64,000 nucleotides of DNA. Source: Candidatus Poribacteria bacterium. Its GTDB lineage: Bacteria; Poribacteria; WGA-4E; WGA-3G. The notes under the pieces were generated by a model. It saw only the letters and a list, made by a program, of their open reading frames with translations. It was not told the origin of the DNA and made no database searches. Numbering within the stretch: position 1 is the stretch's first letter; each line of letters starts with the position of its first letter. The translations under genes were made by a program, and so were the position numbers. Of this stretch, positions 60,413 to 64,000 are shown piece by piece. The stretch spans positions 1,888,001 to 1,952,000 of the forward strand of contig OZ219753.1 of assembly GCA_964291315.2 (NCBI GenBank). The letters run 5' to 3'.

Positions 60413-61408
60413 ATGTCACGCAACTACTACATCACTCAACCCGGCAGCTTGCGACGGAAAGATAACACACTTTATCTACAACCAGAGCAGGCTCCTCGTA
60501 TCCCCATTCCCATAGAGGATGTCGACGCACTCTACTTCTACGGGGAACTCGACCTCAACACAAAGCTCCTTAATTTTCTTGCACAGAAGCACGTCGCCTT
60601 TCACGTCTTCAACTACTACGGCTACTATTCCGGCAGTTATTATCCGAGAGAATATCTCAATTCCGGTTCGCTTCTCGTTAAACAGGTGCAGCATTATGAA
60701 AAGAGGACCAAACGCATGTCACTCGCTCACGAGTTTGTCGCCTCCGCGGGATTCAACATGCTGCGAGTCTTGCGCTATCATACCAATCGCGGTAAAGATT
60801 GCAACCCACAAATCCAAACAATAAAAAAAATACTCACAGAAGCCCGCACCGCGAAAAATACCAACGAATTGATGGGATATGAAGGCAGCATCCGAGACCT
60901 CTACTATACCGCTTTCAATACCATCCTTACCTTACAAACACCCTTGCAAACCCGCACACGGCGCCCACCCGATAACCCTATTAACGCCGCAATCTCCTTC
61001 GGCAACTCCCTGATGTACGCCGCCTGTCTAACCGAAATCTATAGAACCCAGCTCAACCCAACCATCAGCTTCCTACACGAACCCGGCGACAGACGATTCT
61101 CCCTCAGCCTCGACCTCGCAGAAATCTTTAAACCCCTGATTGTCGACCGTATCATCTTCCGACTCTTCAACCGAAAACAGCTCAACGAATCAAAACACTT
61201 TCAAACCGAAGTCGGAGCATGCTACCTCAATCAAACCGGACGCAAAGTGTTTATCGCAACATTTGATGAACAGCTCAAGCAGACCATCTCACACCGAAAA
61301 TTGAAACGCCACGTCTCCTATCAACGCCTTATCCGGCTCGAGTGCTATAAACTCATCAAGCACCTCATGGATATAGAGACCTACCAAGCCCTTCGACCGT
61401 GGTGGTAG
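60413..61408 (+). CDS. cas1: type I-B Cas1
   Basis: RRKDNTL, FNYYGYYSGS, RRPPDNPINA.ISFGN, FLHEP, DLAEIFKP; start at ATG 60413. Confidence 0.96.
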   Translation: MSRNYYITQPGSLRRKDNTLYLQPEQAPRIPIPIEDVDALYFYGELDLNTKLLNFLAQKHVAFHVFNYYGYYSGSYYPREYLNSGSLLVKQVQHYEKRTKRMSLAHEFVASAGFNMLRVLRYHTNRGKDCNPQIQTIKKILTEARTAKNTNELMGYEGSIRDLYYTAFNTILTLQTPLQTRTRRPPDNPINAAISFGNSLMYAACLTEIYRTQLNPTISFLHEPGDRRFSLSLDLAEIFKPLIVDRIIFRLFNRKQLNESKHFQTEVGACYLNQTGRKVFIATFDEQLKQTISHRKLKRHVSYQRLIRLECYKLIKHLMDIETYQALRPWW

Positions 61409-61435
61409 AAACAATCCGATGCTTCTACCATACCT

Positions 61436-61522
61436 TGTTAGTCTGTGCGTCTATTAGCCTTGTAGCATAGACTGTCAATCTGTGTATCTATTAGCCTTGT
61501 AGCATAGACTGTTAGTCTGTGC
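61436..61522. repeat. tandem 37-bp units carrying GTAG-type REP palindromes between cas1 and cas2
   Basis: TCTATTAGCCTTGTAGCATAGACTGT occurs twice with period 37, plus a partial first unit. Confidence 0.8.
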
Positions 61523-61554
61523 ATCCATAGCATCACCATAAGGAGCTACCGATA

Positions 61555-61818
61555 ATGTATATCATTCTCGTCTATGATATTCAAACCGATCGCGTCGCAA
61601 AAGTCTGTAAGTATCTGCGACAACATCTCAACTGGATCCAAAATTCTGTTTTTGAAGGACACTTAACCAAAGCCCAGCTCGCGCGCGTCAAATCTGGGTT
61701 AGCCGCACTCACCGATCTCGAAAAAGATTCTATTATTATCTATCAACTCCGCGATGCACGCTGGATGAATAAAGAGGTGATGGGTGTAGATAAGAACCCT
61801 GCCACCAACTTACTTTAA
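61555..61818 (+). CDS. cas2: Cas2
   Basis: AAGGAG RBS; ILVYDI, WIQNSVFEG, DSIIIY. Confidence 0.96.
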   Translation: MYIILVYDIQTDRVAKVCKYLRQHLNWIQNSVFEGHLTKAQLARVKSGLAALTDLEKDSIIIYQLRDARWMNKEVMGVDKNPATNLL

Positions 61819-62029
61819 ACGCGTTTTTAGCCAGAATCTAACCGCTAAACCTGCTGTCGACCGCTCTTAATTGCCTGCCTCGCGAGAACAAATCCTCCAT
61901 GGTGTTTAACGGAAAAGCAGAACCGACCTTGGCACCATAAAGAGCAGTCAACCTGCCAGCAATTTTGCACGACCGGCGGTTGACACGGTGCTTACGGATC
62001 GAGCGGCATATATACGTAGCTTTCATAAC

Positions 62030-62129
62030 CTCTTTATCGAACCAATATGGAACAAAACAAGCATTGATCGAACCCATCAAAACCCACCCGGCCAGCCACT
62101 TTTAATAGAGGCCAGCGTGAAATCTAAAA
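62030..62129 (+). CRISPR. degenerate mini-array (pseudo-repeat, 40-nt spacer, pseudo-repeat)
   Basis: 62030-62058 matches repeat ~25/30, 62099-62129 ~23/30 by hand alignment; preceded by a leader-like copy. Confidence 0.7.
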
Positions 62130-62188
62130 AATAGACTTGACACGGTTGATAAGGATCTAGTATAATATATTAATGGCTTCCATAAAGC
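62130..62188 (+). promoter_or_regulatory. CRISPR leader with promoter
   Basis: TTGACA (62137)-N18-TATAAT (62161), AT-rich, abuts first repeat. Confidence 0.8.
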
Positions 62189-64000
62189 CTTTTAATCGAA
62201 CCAGTATGGAATCGAAACTATTAGCAAGCGTTTTAGGCGGTATTGTGTGCGAAATACTTTTAATCGAACCAGTATGGAATCGAAACGCAGTTGACAGGCT
62301 TCGTAAAGCTTTTGGATTTAAACTTTTAATCGAACCAGTATGGAATCGAAACACACCGGATGCTTATTATGCATTGTTAGAAGGTCTTTTAATCGAACCA
62401 GTATGGAATCGAAACCTGTATCCGCTATCCTAAAAATACCACGCATATCCGACTTTTAATCGAACCAGTATGGAATCGAAACCTGTGTGCGGGGATCAGG
62501 TCGATCGAGATAGCGTTCCTTTTAATCGAACCAGTATGGAATCGAAACTCGCGACACTTTGCTAGCAGTAGAGAGCATGCGTGACAACGACTTTTAATCG
62601 AACCAGTATGGAATCGAAACTGTGGTCATCGTGTCGAAGTCACGATGACAAGCGGAAACTTTTAATCGAACCAGTATGGAATCGAAACTCTTTCTAAATC
62701 CTTTTTGAATGGTGCCCCGCCGTTCTTTTAATCGAACCAGTATGGAATCGAAACGGGCTTTACTGGAACGGTGTCTGTTGTGAGAGTAGTCTTTTAATCG
62801 AACCAGTATGGAATCGAAACCTTAGAATCACGTGAATAACCCAACGGCATCTCAAACTTTTAATCGAACCAGTATGGAATCGAAACTTTTGAATGAGGCC
62901 CCGCCGTTTCGGGCGGGGCGGGGCTTTTAATCGAACCAGTATGGAATCGAAACGAGGTTCAACTTGGCAGGTTTAGGCGTTTTCAAGCTTTTAATCGAAC
63001 CAGTATGGAATCGAAACAATCCAACTTCCAATTCTACGGGGAGACTATCCCCGCTTTTAATCGAACCAGTATGGAATCGAAACCTCCTCGAACCCACCAT
63101 CACCATCGCTGACGATGCACTTTTAATCGAACCAGTATGGAATCGAAACGTTTCTCTAGCCAGCGCAGGCAATCTATCCGAGATAGCTTTTAATCGAACC
63201 AGTATGGAATCGAAACTAGTGGTATCGGCTCTATAACTCGTCACGCCTTGCCTTTTAATCGAACCAGTATGGAATCGAAACTGAACAACGATATATTAAC
63301 TGGCAAATAATCTAACCCTTTTAATCGAACCAGTATGGAATCGAAACCTGGCAAGAAGCGATTTCACAATTAGGGTTGGACCCGCTTTTAATCGAACCAG
63401 TATGGAATCGAAACGATGTTATGCCTACGGAGCAACGTTGGCAACGACACTTTTAATCGAACCAGTATGGAATCGAAACCACCGCTACTGCGGAATACAG
63501 CACCCCTTCCTTAACTTTTAATCGAACCAGTATGGAATCGAAACTTCAGTATCGGGTCGAAGGTAGATCAGTTTTGCTGGCTTTTAATCGAACCAGTATG
63601 GAATCGAAACTCGGCAACGGTGGATAACAACACAGTTTATCTTTACCTTTTAATCGAACCAGTATGGAATCGAAACTCGGCACGCCGTTTGTTTACACCA
63701 AGACCTCGCCTTCTTTTAATCGAACCAGTATGGAATCAAAACCGCGATAACCTTTCGCATCTTTCCACCAGAAATCGCTTTTAATCGAACCAGTATGGAA
63801 TCAAAACGATACTCATTGAGTGTGATACCGCGGTTCTTCGCTTGCTTTTAATCGAACCAGTATGGAATCAAAACTCGTCTAACTCATGTGCTTCGACGTA
63901 AGCATCCACTTTTAATCGAACCAGTATGGAATCAAAACTTGATACGAAGATCAATTGCTTCTGTGAAGGAAAATTCCTTTTAATCGAACCAGTATGGAAT
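62189..64000 (+). CRISPR. CRISPR array, repeat CTTTTAATCGAACCAGTATGGAATC(G/A)AAAC, 28 repeats (last truncated), 27 spacers of 33-42 nt
   Basis: Direct count; 3' ATCGAAAC handle and upstream leader indicate + orientation; continues past window end. Confidence 0.99.

Noticed and set aside
61436-61522. Possible second CRISPR array between cas1 and cas2
   Set aside because: Units are tandem with no unique spacers and match a dispersed REP-like family
62157-63244. ORFs overlapping the CRISPR array
   Set aside because: Repeat-derived translations (LLIEPVWNRN, FRFHTGSIKS), not genes
62219-63976. Self-targeting spacers
   Set aside because: No match to this window noticed by eye; needs a computational search of the genome

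Overview
Bacterial chromosomal window, inferred (not proven) to be from Candidatus Poribacteria or a relative, based on exported proteins ending in ...GKLTTxWAD(I/V)KRK, sulfatase/sugar-catabolic genes and many GTAG-type palindromes. In order: a 5'-truncated aminotransferase; a small protein plus a Rad50/SbcC-like ATPase with no adjacent nuclease; an envelope cluster (Fn3 lipoprotein, DUF5683-like, DUF3108-like, mfd, three parvulin/SurA chaperones, and a 1316-aa LptD-like protein with parvulin domains inserted in its barrel); carbohydrate and redox genes; an orphan adenine methyltransferase; a type I R-M operon running into a nucleotidyltransferase-DUF89 fusion; orphan GlmL; two paralogous exported proteins; batC/batD; and a complete type I-B CRISPR-Cas locus (cas6-8b1-7-5-3-4-1-2) with an array of at least 28 repeats running off the end. 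Most notable: (1) a hidden degenerate mini-array with its own duplicated leader copy just upstream of the main array; (2) a Cas5 C-terminal tail ending in a beta-clamp-motif-like QMPLF; (3) an internal RBS+ATG for Cas11 inside cas8; (4) the LptD-parvulin fusion; (5) a candidate C-terminal protein-sorting signal. All product calls come from motif recognition by eye, without database searches.
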